DNA of 62,728 nt, counting the filler, from Sphacelaria rigidula (taxonomy: Eukaryota): NCBI GenBank assembly GCA_964200075.2. It is 11 parts of 11 records of this genome, joined end to end, with 100 filler letters (N's around TTAATTAATTAA, not from the genome) between each part and the next. Parts side by side here need not be neighbours in the genome. Positions count along the whole stretch, not along the records: positions 1 to 5,612 come from CAXNAA020025866.1; positions 5,713 to 11,324 come from CAXNAA020025867.1; positions 11,425 to 17,036 come from CAXNAA020025868.1; 8 more parts are not named here. The stretch is one strand, 5' to 3'. Under the pieces are notes generated by a model. It made no database searches and was not told the origin of the DNA. It saw nothing but the letters and a program-made list of their open reading frames with translations. This document shows, one piece after another, positions 1 to 11,837 of this stretch (the first letter of the stretch is position 1; each line of letters starts with the position of its first letter). A program made the translations under genes and the position numbers.

Positions 1-70
1 GGCGCTGTTTGGCCAATTTTTTCGTGACATTTTTTGCTGGTTTTTGGGGGGGGGCTATCGTAGAAAGTGT
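1..70. mobile_element. Terminus of a MITE family with GCGATAGCCCC TIRs (truncated by the window start)
   Basis: Bases 1-60 match the reverse complement of 60852-60912 (gcgatagcc...ggccaaacagcgc). The same terminal motif occurs at 11590-11837. Confidence 0.6.
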
Positions 71-71
71 C

Positions 72-1217
72 GTATCTGAGAGAGACTTCATAATGTTGCG
101 CCGGCGACCACCGCCGTCAGCGAAATGATCCAATGCGGCGGCAGACGCCAATGATCTTCGGAACGCAGCGTCATTCAGCAGTCTGCTGAGATATACCATC
201 ACCACAGCACAGCATCACCACAGTAAAGTGGTCAGTTGGATCAAATGAGTGCCCCACGATAAAGCTGCAGACACACACATCGGGGGTAAGGGTTAGTCCG
301 ACGCCTGGGGTTGTTTCGCCAGTAGTGTCCACGCGAGGCGCTTCATCTAGTCTGAACCAGCTATCACGCCTTGTATGGCCACCTCCGCCGTGGCTGTGTT
401 GAGAACCGGTTTCGCGGTGGAGCTGTTCAACAACACTGCTGTTGTAGTGCAACGCGCTTCAAAAACTCGAGCCGTTTCTTCTCAATTTGAATATCCATTC
501 TGACGGTCCCGAACGGGTGCTGATGCAGCGACGAAAAGCACTGGCACCCTCCCCTCAGATGGGATTTGAGACAATTGTGAGGATATGTGAAGATCGCTCG
601 AAATGAAATATGTAAAACAGTATTCAGGGGTATCGTAAGTACATATTCCCCTGTTCAAAATCGAAATTTCCTTGTTCGAACCCTTTGCACATGTTACAAT
701 GAACGACTTCTTTTCAAGAAAACCCGTTATTTCCGGGCTTCCCCTGGGGTCTAATCGTAGCGCTGAGGCTGTCTCAAATCCCACCTGAGGATGACGGTGC
801 CAGTGCTTTCCGTCGCTGCATCAGATCCCGTTTAGGACCGTTAGAACGGATATTCAAACTACAGCTGCCTTCCACCGCGAAACCGGTTCTCAACACAGCC
901 ACGGCGGAGGTGGCCATACAAGGCGTGATAGCTGGTTTAGACTAGATGAAGCGCCTCGCGTAGGCACTACTGGCGAAACAACCCCAGGCGTCGGACTAAC
1001 CCCTACCCCCGTTGTGTGTGTCTGCAGCTTTATCGTGGGGCACTCATTTGATCCAACTGACCACTGTACTGTGGTGATGCTGTGCTGTGATGGTACATCT
1101 CAGCAGACTGCTGAATGACGCTGCGTTCCGAAGATCATTGGCGTCTGCCGCCGCATTGGATCATTTCGCTGACGGCGGTGGTCGCCGGCGCAACATTATG
1201 AAGTCTCTCTCAGATAC
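72..1217. mobile_element. Foldback element with long inverted arms
   Basis: 72-421 is the reverse complement of 871-1217 (about 7 substitutions and one 3-nt indel by eye). Inner arms 486-573 and 770-858 also pair, leaving a ~200-bp loop. No clear TSD. Confidence 0.85.
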
Positions 1218-1524
1218 ACAACAAGAGGCGCTGGAAAACTTGATGACTAGTCCAAAGAAGTATGTTTTGAACATGCTTTGTTACGTGTTCCGTGGCGATT
1301 AGACGCAAGGGTTACTCGATAGATGCGGTACAATGAATGAGGGCGGCTTTTCGGTTGGACTGCACACCATCATCCTTTCGCTGTAGTGTAGAAACTTCTG
1401 GGTTAGGGGAACATGGTCGAAACCGCTTGCGACTCCCGAGCCTTTTAAACAAAGTAAATGGACTTTCGATGGTCGATTAAACCTCAATAAAATGTTGAAC
1501 CTCAAAAACAAATCCAGGCGTGTT

Positions 1525-1594
1525 CTAAGTTAAAGCAAATGATCAAACTCACTCTCAATCAGCGCTCTACTCTCGATCTCACGAAAGTCTTGTT
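1525..1594. repeat. Isolated right end of the MITE family seen at 51558-51904
   Basis: ttaaagcaaatgatcaaactcactctcaatc...ctcacgaaagtcttgtt closely matches 51840-51904. Confidence 0.65.
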
Positions 1595-2599
1595 CAAGGC
1601 AGAACAAGTCTGCGGCGTACCAAAAAATAACGCTGACAGTGTTTCTTTGTTCTATGTGTCCAAGCTATGAGAGTTAGTTTCACGCGTAGGTATGATAATA
1701 TCTCTGATTGATTTTTCAATCCTGTATCTCCGAAGCACTCTCAATGCTCAATCTCTTTCGCTCAATCAATCAGTCTCACCGAGATGTAAGAGTTCCCTTG
1801 ATCGAGATGGAGCGTAGTAAGCTGAGGGGGGACTCAGCTTGCTTTTCTATCCCTGCTATATACAAGTTTACATCCTGTCTGATCAACTCTAGATAGACCT
1901 GCAGTCTTGAAAATAGCCTGGGATGAAATATAAAGCCGGACTCATCGACGGGTTTGAGGCGGCATGGCAACAAGCTAATATGCTCCTTATGACAACCACG
2001 CCCTACCTTCTGTTGTACGAACGTGTATAGGTGCACGCCAAGGGCAGACTGGAGGGTAGGGTTAGGTGGGGTCACATCGATTATTATATGCCTTGTTGCG
2101 CCTCAAGGGAGATTGGGGAACGGATAGTTTGTGCGATCAGCCGTCATTATACGTCTAGTCCATGGCTGTGTGTGACATGTTTGTCATATAGGGATCGAGA
2201 GTGGTCGGGTAAAATACGCCGACAGTACATATACACGTTTTTTCCGATTTTGACCGGAGATTGCGAGAGAGAGGGCGAATGGTGTTTTTGCTCTGGTGGT
2301 CGACACTAGACATACGCGTCAAGACTACCACGCTCTCGGCGTCAGCTGTCTGTGTCCTTGTTTACACTGGAATAGAGAGCAGTTTTGCTCCATCGGGATC
2401 CGAACACAGGGGGCAAGAGTCGGGAAATGGTGATGTCTTTCCTTGTTCCCGTTGGCGAGAGCTTTGAGGTTGCCGCGCTGTTCTCTGTTCCTCTTCGGTT
2501 TGTCAAGGACTGGACACGGGGGCGGGGGGGTTATCATTCGTGCCACGAATTCTTGTCAGTCGCACCTCATGGTTTTCGTCTCAAGACTTACTTGTGCCC

Positions 2600-3300
2600 G
2601 TCATTTGCTGCAGAGGGTACAAGAGCCGGGAAGGGTTGCCAATACTTTTGTCGATTCAGGATCCACCAAGCGTGTAGTACTCTGCCCATGGTCTTCATCA
2701 CATTGTTTTCCCCTGTCTTCCGAGCTACGTTTTGTTGTTTTCTCCGATCACAATGAGCGCGGTGGAGGGCATGGGCAGGGGCGGGTGGTTCTTCAGGATA
2801 GGATACGGGTAGGGATCGAAACCCAACTGGGTACGGTGACTCTATAATAGTGGGCCCAACTACAAAAGGCAGTTGGTAATAGGGATTGTTGAGTGAGTTG
2901 GAGTCTCGCACTGCCTGTTGCGTCTTTGTTGACGGATGCGGCTGGCACCTATCCTAGCGTGTATGTTGTTTTTCAGCGACATGCTCCGAGTTGAAATCGG
3001 AACACGAAACACGCCCTCGAGGTGTGATATGTGTAGGTAGAGGTTTGTCCCCCTGGAGTCCTCATCCTTACTACGATGAGAGACCAAAACTAAAGCAAGG
3101 GAAGTATCGCTGGTGTAAAGCGATGATGCACTGCCGAAGTGTGGTGGTTCATTTAGTAGTAGCGGTGAGCCTAGGACTTGCTCGAAACAAAGGTAGGGAT
3201 ATGTACAGAAGTCGGACGCCAGTACAACTGGGTAAATACTCTACGATGACTTTTGATTCGAATCTCAATTATTGTGGCCAGAGTTGCGCCATGATATCTC
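2600..3300 (-). mobile_element. Highly degenerate Ty3/gypsy pol C-terminal remnant (tentative)
   Basis: Frameshifted peptides GDKPL/NLYLHIS and ILKNHPP loosely resemble the post-integrase region of algal gypsy elements. No intact motif is present. Confidence 0.25.
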
Positions 3301-3894
3301 GTCCAGTCGAGGTGTACAATATGCCGATAACATGAACATATACTCAAGAGTGCAAGAGAAGGTCCTCCTTGGGAAGATCCTATCAGGATGCCAGCGCATT
3401 TGGACACCGATTACTGTAGTTTACAGTTGTTGATGCTAGCATTATCTTGTTTTGTTGTAAAGCGATGCTGCATAGTCGGTGTTTTCTGTGTGTATGCACT
3501 AGTGGTATACATTTCCTTGTTCATGAGTTACCGGGGGTCGCGCATGGACTAATGGAACCGGCAGGTGGTCCTCGGCAAAAATGCTATAGTGCAAGGTTAT
3601 CATGACGAAATTCGTAGCCTTTGCTGGCCATTGTCGTCACGGGCATGATAAGGAAACCACACGTGGACAGATAGTACTCTGTTGAGCGCACTGTGCAGGG
3701 TCCGTACAGGGTCCTCCACAGTCTTTGTGAAAAACCCTGACAGTGAAAACGCAAATCTGTACCTGTCGCGGCGTTTTTGTCGAAACCCTGCAAGCAACCC
3801 TGTGGAGAGGCCCTCTCAATTTTGAAAATTTCAACCTACTATTTTTATTAACTCCAAATTATTTTGGTGCAAAATCTGTAAATGTATTTTTTTA

Positions 3895-3992
3895 AATAGC
3901 TTGTCCTGCTGTCCGAGATAAATTCCTTTTTGCCCGATTCAAATTTATATCGGGCAAAGAGGGATTTATCTCGGACAGCAGGATAAGCTATT
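3895..3992 (+). ncRNA. Pre-miRNA-like hairpin (or micro-MITE)
   Basis: 44-bp stem (aatagcttgtcc...gcccgat / atcgggc...ggataagctatt) with a 10-nt loop. The three non-Watson-Crick pairs are all G:U on the + strand. Confidence 0.45.
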
Positions 3993-5612
3993 CAAAACAG
4001 ATCCCTTTCTCGCCCAATTTAAATAGGCAAAAAAATGATCTATTTCGAACAGCTTTTTCTGCTGCGCATATCCCATGCACACTGGCAGATTTGGAATTTG
4101 AGCAGCAGAAGAAAGTCGAAATAAATCTTCACTTTGCCCTCTAGTTCATCCAGAAATTGGGCAAAAAGATATTTATTGCAAACAGCGTCAGCTGGGCATA
4201 TCCCGCATACTGCACCGTTATTAGCGTATGGGATCCGACACGCAGAAAAAAACGTTGAAAGGAATTCATCATTTTGCCCCACAGTTCATGTATACATGGG
4301 TTAAAGGATGAATAATTCTCGAAAGCTTTTGCTGAACAGAGATCCCACACACTGGTTACGAGTGTATGTCAACACGGCTGTGCTCCGAAGCATCGCACTT
4401 TAGCGGCAGTCGTGGTAATGATGACATGCCGGTATATACCTCGCATATGAATTCACATGGCTTATGAAAACCCCGTGGTCCGCAGTCTACCAAAATCACT
4501 CAATCGAGCATGCTCTTTTTTATGGAGGTTTTTGCTCGATAGTTATTAGAAGCACAAAAATTTGCTGGGTGCCAACAAAGAATAGGGTAATTCAATAGAT
4601 ACCCCATCGTTCTCCCGAACACGAAAGCGGAACTTCAATACCTACCGGTGCCATTTTTCGATCGTTTTTTTCTGCCAGTACCATACCCGTGCCGTATGGT
4701 GGAGTATATTGTATGTGTGCTGTAAACACTGTACAGCATATTAACAACAATGAACAGTATTCGCGGTGACGAAACCTTGTGAAGCGTCCTGTGCTACGCT
4801 GGAAAACACTGTACAGTAGAATTCCCGCCAGAGACACTGCATAGGGTACGTAAACCCTGTAGACCCCCTCCACAGGGTGCTATCTGTCCATGTGTGACAG
4901 CACCCGAAGCAGCCCCGGACGATACAAAACCAATTTTACAGTAGAGAATGGCACTTATTTCCCACTCACCTTGGAGACTCCTCGCTTGCAGGTGATACGA
5001 GCTGCCTTGAGACGAATCTAAATTACTTTTCTCCTCAGAAATTGCGAAGGTGCATTTCCTTATAGCGAAGCTGCAAAGTTAAAGGAAAAGGAGAAACAGA
5101 AGGAGTGATTTGATAGTTCTTGACAAAAAAATGTCATACAGTAACTCGAAGGAATAAAAAGAAACTCGGGTAGCTTCCGTGAAGGTTCTTTCAACTTGCT
5201 TGTAGGAGGTCCTTGTAATATCTCGGCCAAAAACTATCAAACCTCCTCGAATTGGGCGGGGCAATCCACTTTTTTTGTGACAACGGCTCAAGTCAACCCG
5301 GTGGGTGTAACTAATGTAAGAGGCTTCCACAAGGGCGGAATGTCACGAGTCCGAATCCCCACAAAAAAACGATTTTATTTCTTTACAAAAAATTGCGGTC
5401 TTCCGCTCTAGCTGGCTATTGGTGTACTCGTACCATTCCAATTTAGACCGCCGGTGCACGTTGGTAAGCCTTTCGTTAATCTCGGTCACATTTTCAACTT
5501 ATCCTCTTCCTCGTGGTGAGTCCCTGGGCTCACGGGATCAACATTTAACAGCCGATTTTATATTTTGGGGTTCAAACAAAATATGGGGCTGAAGTGGCAT
5601 ATCTGTCTTGCA

Positions 5613-5712
5613 NNNNNNNNNNNNNNNNNNNNNNNNNNNNNNNNNNNNNNNNNNNNTTAATTAATTAANNNNNNNNNNNNNNNNNNNNNNNNNNNNNNNN
5701 NNNNNNNNNNNN
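5613..5712. other. Artificial contig spacer (first of 10)
   Basis: N44-TTAATTAATTAA-N44, which has stops in all six frames. Identical spacers at 11325, 17037, 22749, 28461, 34173, 39885, 45596, 51307 and 57018 delimit contigs of 5612 bp (x7) then 5611 bp (x4). Confidence 0.97.
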
Positions 5713-5849
5713 CGATGACGATATCACCAGAGAGAGAAGCAACGTCGGAGAGGAACCTCCTCGCCCGTGTCCTTTGTATGCCCTCCCTTGGCGATTACCA
5801 AACTCTCGAGAGACTGGCATCATTGGTGTTACCAGCATTTGCCCAATTT

Positions 5850-6760
5850 GTCATGTGCCGAAACACCGAGCTGCGGAGAGATTCCCTCTCTTCTTACAAT
5901 AGCCTGTCGAGATCACCAATTCGAAGATGGATATCTCTCTGCCTCTCCTTTTGGACAGGGTGCGCCTCTGTGCGCTGTAAAACGGCCGACCTGGCCTCAG
6001 AGGTGGCAGGTGATCGTCGCGGCGCAGCCGACCAATTTCGAGCCGTGGTGGCGCAAAGACGTCGGCGTGGGACGACTGGCCGAACACCTCCATCTGCCTC
6101 CACTCCTTTGCCTCGGCCACGACGGTGCCCATTACCAGGTAAGGGTCGGCCTTCCAATCGGTCTCGTGCTGCAACTTGACAAGCCCGGCTTGCTTGAATT
6201 TTTCCCGGCGTTAACCCCTCCACCAAAGCCTTTGTGATTACGGCAGCCGGGTTGGGAATCAACTCACCATCGGGGGAACGATATACTAAATTATTCCACC
6301 TTCGGATTTTGTTATTATTTCTCCAGATTGGACAGGATTGGCTCCACCCGCTCTAGTATCGTTTTCCCCCGAGACTCCATGGCAACGGCTTTTGCCACGG
6401 CCGCGGACGCTTGGTTCAACTCCACCTCGGCGCCCGCCGCATGCCCAGCATGCTTTTTGATCGCCGCAACCAATTGCGGCGGGGTCATTGTGCTCTCATC
6501 ATGTCCCACACGCGAAAATATCATTTGCACATGCGTCGACACTTGTTGACCCATCGACACTACCTGATGTCGCACTGCACCCCCCGTGTTATCGTGCTCC
6601 ACACGCTTCCTGTACGCTTCCTATACTCCACGTACTTGATATAGAAAGTGCGAGATGCACTCTCGGAGTACCCATCCCCGTATTGTAGAGATCCCAACTT
6701 TTGCCGCATCGCCACGGGCGTCACGCTGGACGCAGCACGCGAGCCGGTCGCCATAACAGC
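5850..6760 (-). pseudogene. Degenerate LTR-retrotransposon gag (gypsy-like)
   Basis: A chain of frameshifted ORFs (6560-6754, 6315-6602, 5894-6262, 5851-6174) reads as one helical protein (ITKALVEGL...WKADPYLVMGTVVAEAKEW). It ends in a decayed zinc knuckle, TCHL*GQVGRFTAHRGAPCP. Confidence 0.55.
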
Positions 6761-7289
6761 AGCTGGCTACCTGCGAACCTTTCGCAGGCCAGCGGACCGT
6801 CGTGAATCGCACACTTCACCCTTTCTTCGTCGCCGCACTAGAAAGTCATAGGAGCCTCCAAACTCCCGCTGCACGCAGATTCAGCAAGTCACCAGTCTCG
6901 ACCAATAACAGGGCAACCGCCGTTCTGCCGATCACCTCAGCTTGAACCCCTTCTACGCGTCCGTGGTTTATCAGGTTGTACACAGCTACCAGACTCTTCC
7001 GCCGGAGTTATTGCAGCAGGTTTCCGCTAGGTACTAGCTCTCGCATCAATATCGATATTTTGACGCAAGTCAGAAGAAGAAGAGCTGGTGGATCACTGCT
7101 GTTCAGGAACTCCCCAGTCCCACTGGCCTCAGTTACCACTTATCAGTCTTCACAACATCTCATTATCAGGAGTGCCCTTGCAGATACAGCTATGCATGGC
7201 GCGTTCCATGCCAGAAGGCGAGTATCATTTTCGGCTTGGTAATATTGATTTGCGTGGATATAACACGCTACAAAGGCAGAATATCGAGT

Positions 7290-7640
7290 AGAAGTGACCG
7301 TAGAGAGGGATGGATCACAGACACTAATGCTTCCAATCATGTTGCCGGAAACATGCAAAACGGAAATGATTCACGACCCCATCCTCACGGTGTCGAGAAC
7401 GTAACCATGGGTGACGGAACCGCATTTCCGGTCAAGGCAGTATGTAGTCTGACATTAAGATTTCACGTGGGATATTTTACACATTTTCCTGCTCCCTCCA
7501 CAAGGTTTCGTGTCCAGTTGTCCGATGTATACGTGGTAGAAGTTCTCAAGTTTTAATGTTTCTCACTTCACCACGTGCAGAAAAAACACTGTCATCCGAA
7601 ACTCGACTGGGATGCACATATTTATTTGCAGATTACGTTT
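7290..7640 (+). pseudogene. Ty1/copia aspartic protease remnant
   Basis: WITDTNASNHVAGN...VTMGDGTAFPVKAVCSLTLRFH...VQLSDVYVVEVLKF*CFSL matches the copia pattern WxxDSGASxH...GDG...V.YVP.L.FNL.SL. Confidence 0.75.
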
Positions 7641-8485
7641 TGATGGTACTTCGCGAACTCTATCGCATTCAACCATGCGTCTTCCCTCAACATACGGTCG
7701 CATTATGACGCCTACAGTCACAACTCCTTCATCCCCCCATAGCGAAAAGGATTCGTCTGCGTCTGTGGAGCTTCGTTCTTCGCCCGATTCCCTCACATCG
7801 AGCAGCAGAACTGATTTTTCCCCTTGTTCCGTAGAGTTTCGTTCCTCCACGAGCGAATTGATGCTTCTTCCCCCAGTAGCGGCGCTGATTCGTCTTCATT
7901 TGTACAGCCTCATTTTTCACCCGCCGGAAAACCCCCAACTGTCCCTTCGCATTCTACTGTAGAGTCTGCACCGACTCATGCTGCGATTGCGTCTGCCAAG
8001 TCTTCCTCCTCGCGTTGTACTGTAGCGTCTTCCCCTACCAGCAGGGTGATTATTGCATGGCTACTGTAGACTCTCGTTTACTTACGAACGAAATCGATTT
8101 TTGTATTGAGACCCCGAGTGCCGTCACAGCCTCAGCGTCAGAGAAAGCTGGCTGGAGCTGTCCCCTCAGTGTTGACTTACACCATATCTACGCCGAATTC
8201 GCTGTATCTTCCCCCTCGGTGTCTGTGTCCAGCCCGCTTCCGCTACAAGCGTTATACGTGATCCCTCACGTGGAAGTATCCAACCCGCTTCCTCTGCAAG
8301 CGGTGTACCTTTCGTGCGGACTGTTTCGCACATGCAGCTTCTGCGACCAACGCTGATGCCGCTCGCCAGCAGTGTGGTGATGAAGTTAGTACCGTCGCCG
8401 ATCTGCAGGCATTCCCGCAGCCGCTGAATCACGCGGTGAAACCCGAGCCGGTAACGGCGTCGCCGTCGCCGCCAACACATGATGC

Positions 8486-8870
8486 GATGCAACTGCTGCC
8501 GACTTCATCGATACCGTCGCCGACATCACCACAGCCTCCGCCGACAACCCAGGGTCGGATGCACCTGCTGCCGACTTCATCGATATCGTCGCCGACATCA
8601 CCGCAGCCGCCGCCGACAACCCCGAGTCCGATGCAATTGCTGCTGACTTCATCGCAACCGCCACCGACGACACCGCAGTCGCCGCCACTACCACCTACCG
8701 CGCCGATAATATCGTAGCCGCTGCTGTTTCCTCGTACCCAACCGATTTCATCGATACCGTCGTCGATAACACCACAGCCGCCGCCACTACCAGATAGCAT
8801 GCCGACAACATAGCAGCAACTGCCGTTGCCGCCAACCTCATCAACACCATTGCCGACAACGTCGCCGCTG
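8486..8870 (+). repeat. 72-bp tandem repeat (about 3 good units plus degenerate units)
   Basis: gatgcaactgctgccgacttcatcg recurs at 8486, 8558 and 8630. One frame reads DATAADFIDTVADITTASADNPGS. Confidence 0.85.
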
Positions 8871-9007
8871 CCAACAAAACAAAGGTTTAGACTCGAGCCA
8901 CCGCCGCCGCCGCCGGCACTGTCATTAACATCATCTCCAGCGATTCCGCGATCGATACCATTGCTGCCGGCTCTGCCAACAGCACCGCCAACAGCACAAC
9001 AGCAACC

Positions 9008-9451
9008 AACACAGGATCTTACAAATTGGGGATGGGTCTTTTATTGGGGATGACAAACCCGGAGGATAAAAATCTTCGTATCCACACCAAACCTTTGAAA
9101 TATGGTTCCAATTCTTCACCCACTGATAGCTATTCACAACTGCTACACGCCATACGAAGTTGGATTTCGATCACCGAAGTATTGGGGTCCTAGGGGAAAA
9201 CCCAATTTGGGGGAATTCCGGGTGTCCAAACTGACGCCAAAATGGTTCCGAAATTGGTTTTTCACCTAGAACTCCAACCCTTCGGTGATCGAAATCCAAA
9301 TTTCTATGGCGGGTAGCAGTTGTCACTACCTATCAGTAGGTGAAGAAATCGAACCATATTTCGAACATTTGGTGCGGATGCGAAGATTTTAATTCTCCGG
9401 TTTTCTCATCCCCAATAAAAGATCCATCCCCAATTTGTAAGATCCTGTGTT
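9008..9451. mobile_element. Complete palindromic MITE with AACA...TGTT termini and 4-bp TSD AACC
   Basis: aacacaggatcttacaaattggggatgg... / ...ccatccccaatttgtaagatcctgtgtt, with ~200-bp imperfect arms. AACC at 9004-9007 and 9452-9455. Confidence 0.9.
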
Positions 9452-10099
9452 AACCGCTGCCGCTGTCGCCGACTCTGTCGGCAACACGGTCTCACGTGTG
9501 GCGTCGTGGTTGCCGGGCGAATGGAGCAGGGGGGCAGGCACGCTCGCTGGCTCTGCCAGCAACACCGCAAAGAGCGCAGCCGCCGCTGCCGCTGCCGCTA
9601 CAATCTAATCTATCGATAATACCGTTCTATGCGTTGCGTCGTCAGTGCCGTCCGAAAAGGGGGAAGCAGGTCAATTGGAATAGAGCACGGAGATGAAGTC
9701 AACGCTTTCGACCGGAAGGGAAATGCAGAGGCCGGAGATAAATTTTGGAGGATAGTATGCTACGAATGTGACCATTTCAAGTCTCCGTTTGTTGATAGCT
9801 CCAGCTTGTCGGTAGGTCATGCTTTGCGTCACGTTGATTCTGAATATGGCTTCAGACACATCGGTTTTGGATGAGGACGCACTTATCTGCCTTCTGCCTG
9901 GCTGCAGTGATTTATTCATGAGATATGTCAGACTTACAATACTTAGTGATTAGGGTGCTTCACTAGGCATTTTCGGATTTATCAGGGATCATTTTTCGTG
10001 GAAGTCGCTTGAACAGCCAGGCCTGTGACTCTGATTTTACGTAGGGATCTCGCTCTGACTTTTTTAGATTGTATCGTACGGTACCACCATCTGGATGTT

Positions 10100-11050
10100 T
10101 CACACATGTGCTACTATAGCCGGTTTGAGTTTGATCGTACCATATACGGTTTTTGATATTATAAAGATACTCAAGTACCCTGAATTATTTATTCGTCTGA
10201 GTCTAGGTTTTGACCAGGTGCTGAAATGGTCAGGGGATCGCGGGATTGGATGACGTGAACCCGTTGATGCATCATGACACACAGCGGACTATTTTTGGTT
10301 GATTTGATCGTCGATCTTGGATTTTGGAATACACGTTTGTGTGTTGGATTACGGAAGAAACATGGCTTGAAATGTACATGAAATATACTGACGCAAATGG
10401 GAACGTGATATGAAATTGGAGGGGCGTATAATGTACAAGGTACTATTTTGTGGACAAATTTGAACTTTTTCATCGCCGAATCTTTTGAGCTTCACAGTAA
10501 TTATGGTATGAGCATCATTGACTTCTGCATGAGGAAGGGATCGTGAGTTTATCCGTGTGATGGTAATCGAGGAGGACCCGCTCTAGTCAGGGGGGCTATT
10601 CAAATATGTCCGGACTGGATCCTTGTACATGTGTGCTTGTGAGAGTGCGCATACAATCTCGGAAACATTGAATGCTGATTGACTTAGGATACAGTACGAA
10701 GGTGGATCAATCAGCACGCGGGGTTGTAGCTTGATTTATGTGCCGCATATGTCACGAGACATCCGCACGACGTCACTTATTTTGGGCTTGCCCTTCGGTC
10801 TACATATGAAGTGCATGTTTGCATAACTAGCTCTGGAGGCGCGTGCATACCGTGGTGTGTGTGATTGGTGAGTCAAGAGAATAGGAGAGATGTATACGAG
10901 AAGATAATACACTTCTTCCCCCGTCAAGAGTACCTCATGTACGAGGCTTTCAATTATAGCCGTATCTCGACAGCCACATGTTCGAATATGCTAGGCATCT
11001 CAAGAGCACCACATAACAACACACGACACAGCGAGAGGTTAGAATATGAG
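10100..11050 (-). mobile_element. Degenerate gypsy integrase/C-terminal remnant (tentative)
   Basis: Scattered peptides such as VSIFHVHFKPC.NP and NSGYLSI resemble the gypsy pol 3' region. Many stops. Confidence 0.2.
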
Positions 11051-11424
11051 GGAGGAATTCGAAAAGGAAAAAGACATGGGGGAGGGGAAGGGGGAGTATT
11101 CCTGCCAGATCCGCCATATTCAGTCCGGTAAATATCTGGCTACATGTTTTACCATCTCTATCCTGGTCTCCTCGGCTGCATTGGTATCCTTCGTTTGGAC
11201 TTTCCTACGCTCATTCCCCTGTTTATCCCCCCACCGAGAAGGACCCCCGATGGGGTTGGCGTCGCTTGGCGATAACGCTGTAAAATACGCCACTCACTAC
11301 GTAAGCTAGGCAACCAGGTGACCGNNNNNNNNNNNNNNNNNNNNNNNNNNNNNNNNNNNNNNNNNNNNTTAATTAATTAANNNNNNNNNNNNNNNNNNNN
11401 NNNNNNNNNNNNNNNNNNNNNNNN

Positions 11425-11502
11425 CCTGCTCGAAAGGGGTTCCGGGTTAAGGGTCAAATTCCTAAGGTAAGCAACAAATGAGTACGCCCCCCCCCCCCCC
11501 CC
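11425..11502 (+). mobile_element. LINE 3' end followed by C16
   Basis: ...aggtaagcaacaaatgagtacg followed by a C-run (11487-11502). Homologous to 32421-32486, 35870-35933, 44462-44530 and 45696-45750. Confidence 0.75.
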
Positions 11503-11589
11503 ATCGTAGGATGCCTCCATCTGACCATTCCCCTCAACATGCGAGGGTTATCGCTGGGTTGCCTACCCTTGACGATACCCTACTGTACT

Positions 11590-11837
11590 GACTGCTGCCG
11601 CGATAGCCCCCCCCGAACCGGCCGAAAAAGTGCACGGAGGCGATGGTCATAAATGCCGTTAGAGCTGGTTTCGTGCCGCACGACGCGACTCTTTTGTATG
11701 TTATTGCTGATTTAGTACTGTTACACGCCTCTCATGTGGGCGGAATTGCTGCAAACGAGCCCAATAGTGGGATTGCAGCCGGTTTGTCGGACGGTCTCCG
11801 GTGCACTTATTGTGGGGGGGCTATCTCGGCATTAGTC
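11590..11837. mobile_element. MITE with GACTGCTGCCGCGATAGCCCC TIRs
   Basis: Left end gactgctgccgcgatagccccccc; right end gggggggctatctcggcattagtc. Related ends at 1-70 and 60846-61090. Confidence 0.7.

Noticed and set aside
3797..4877. TIR element enclosing the hairpin (accctgtggag / ctccacagggt)
   Set aside because: Only a short inverted match with no TSD. It cannot be excluded but is unsupported.
5657..5668. Periodic TTAATTAATTAA as a biological motif
   Set aside because: It is always centred in a 100-bp N spacer, so it is an assembly linker.
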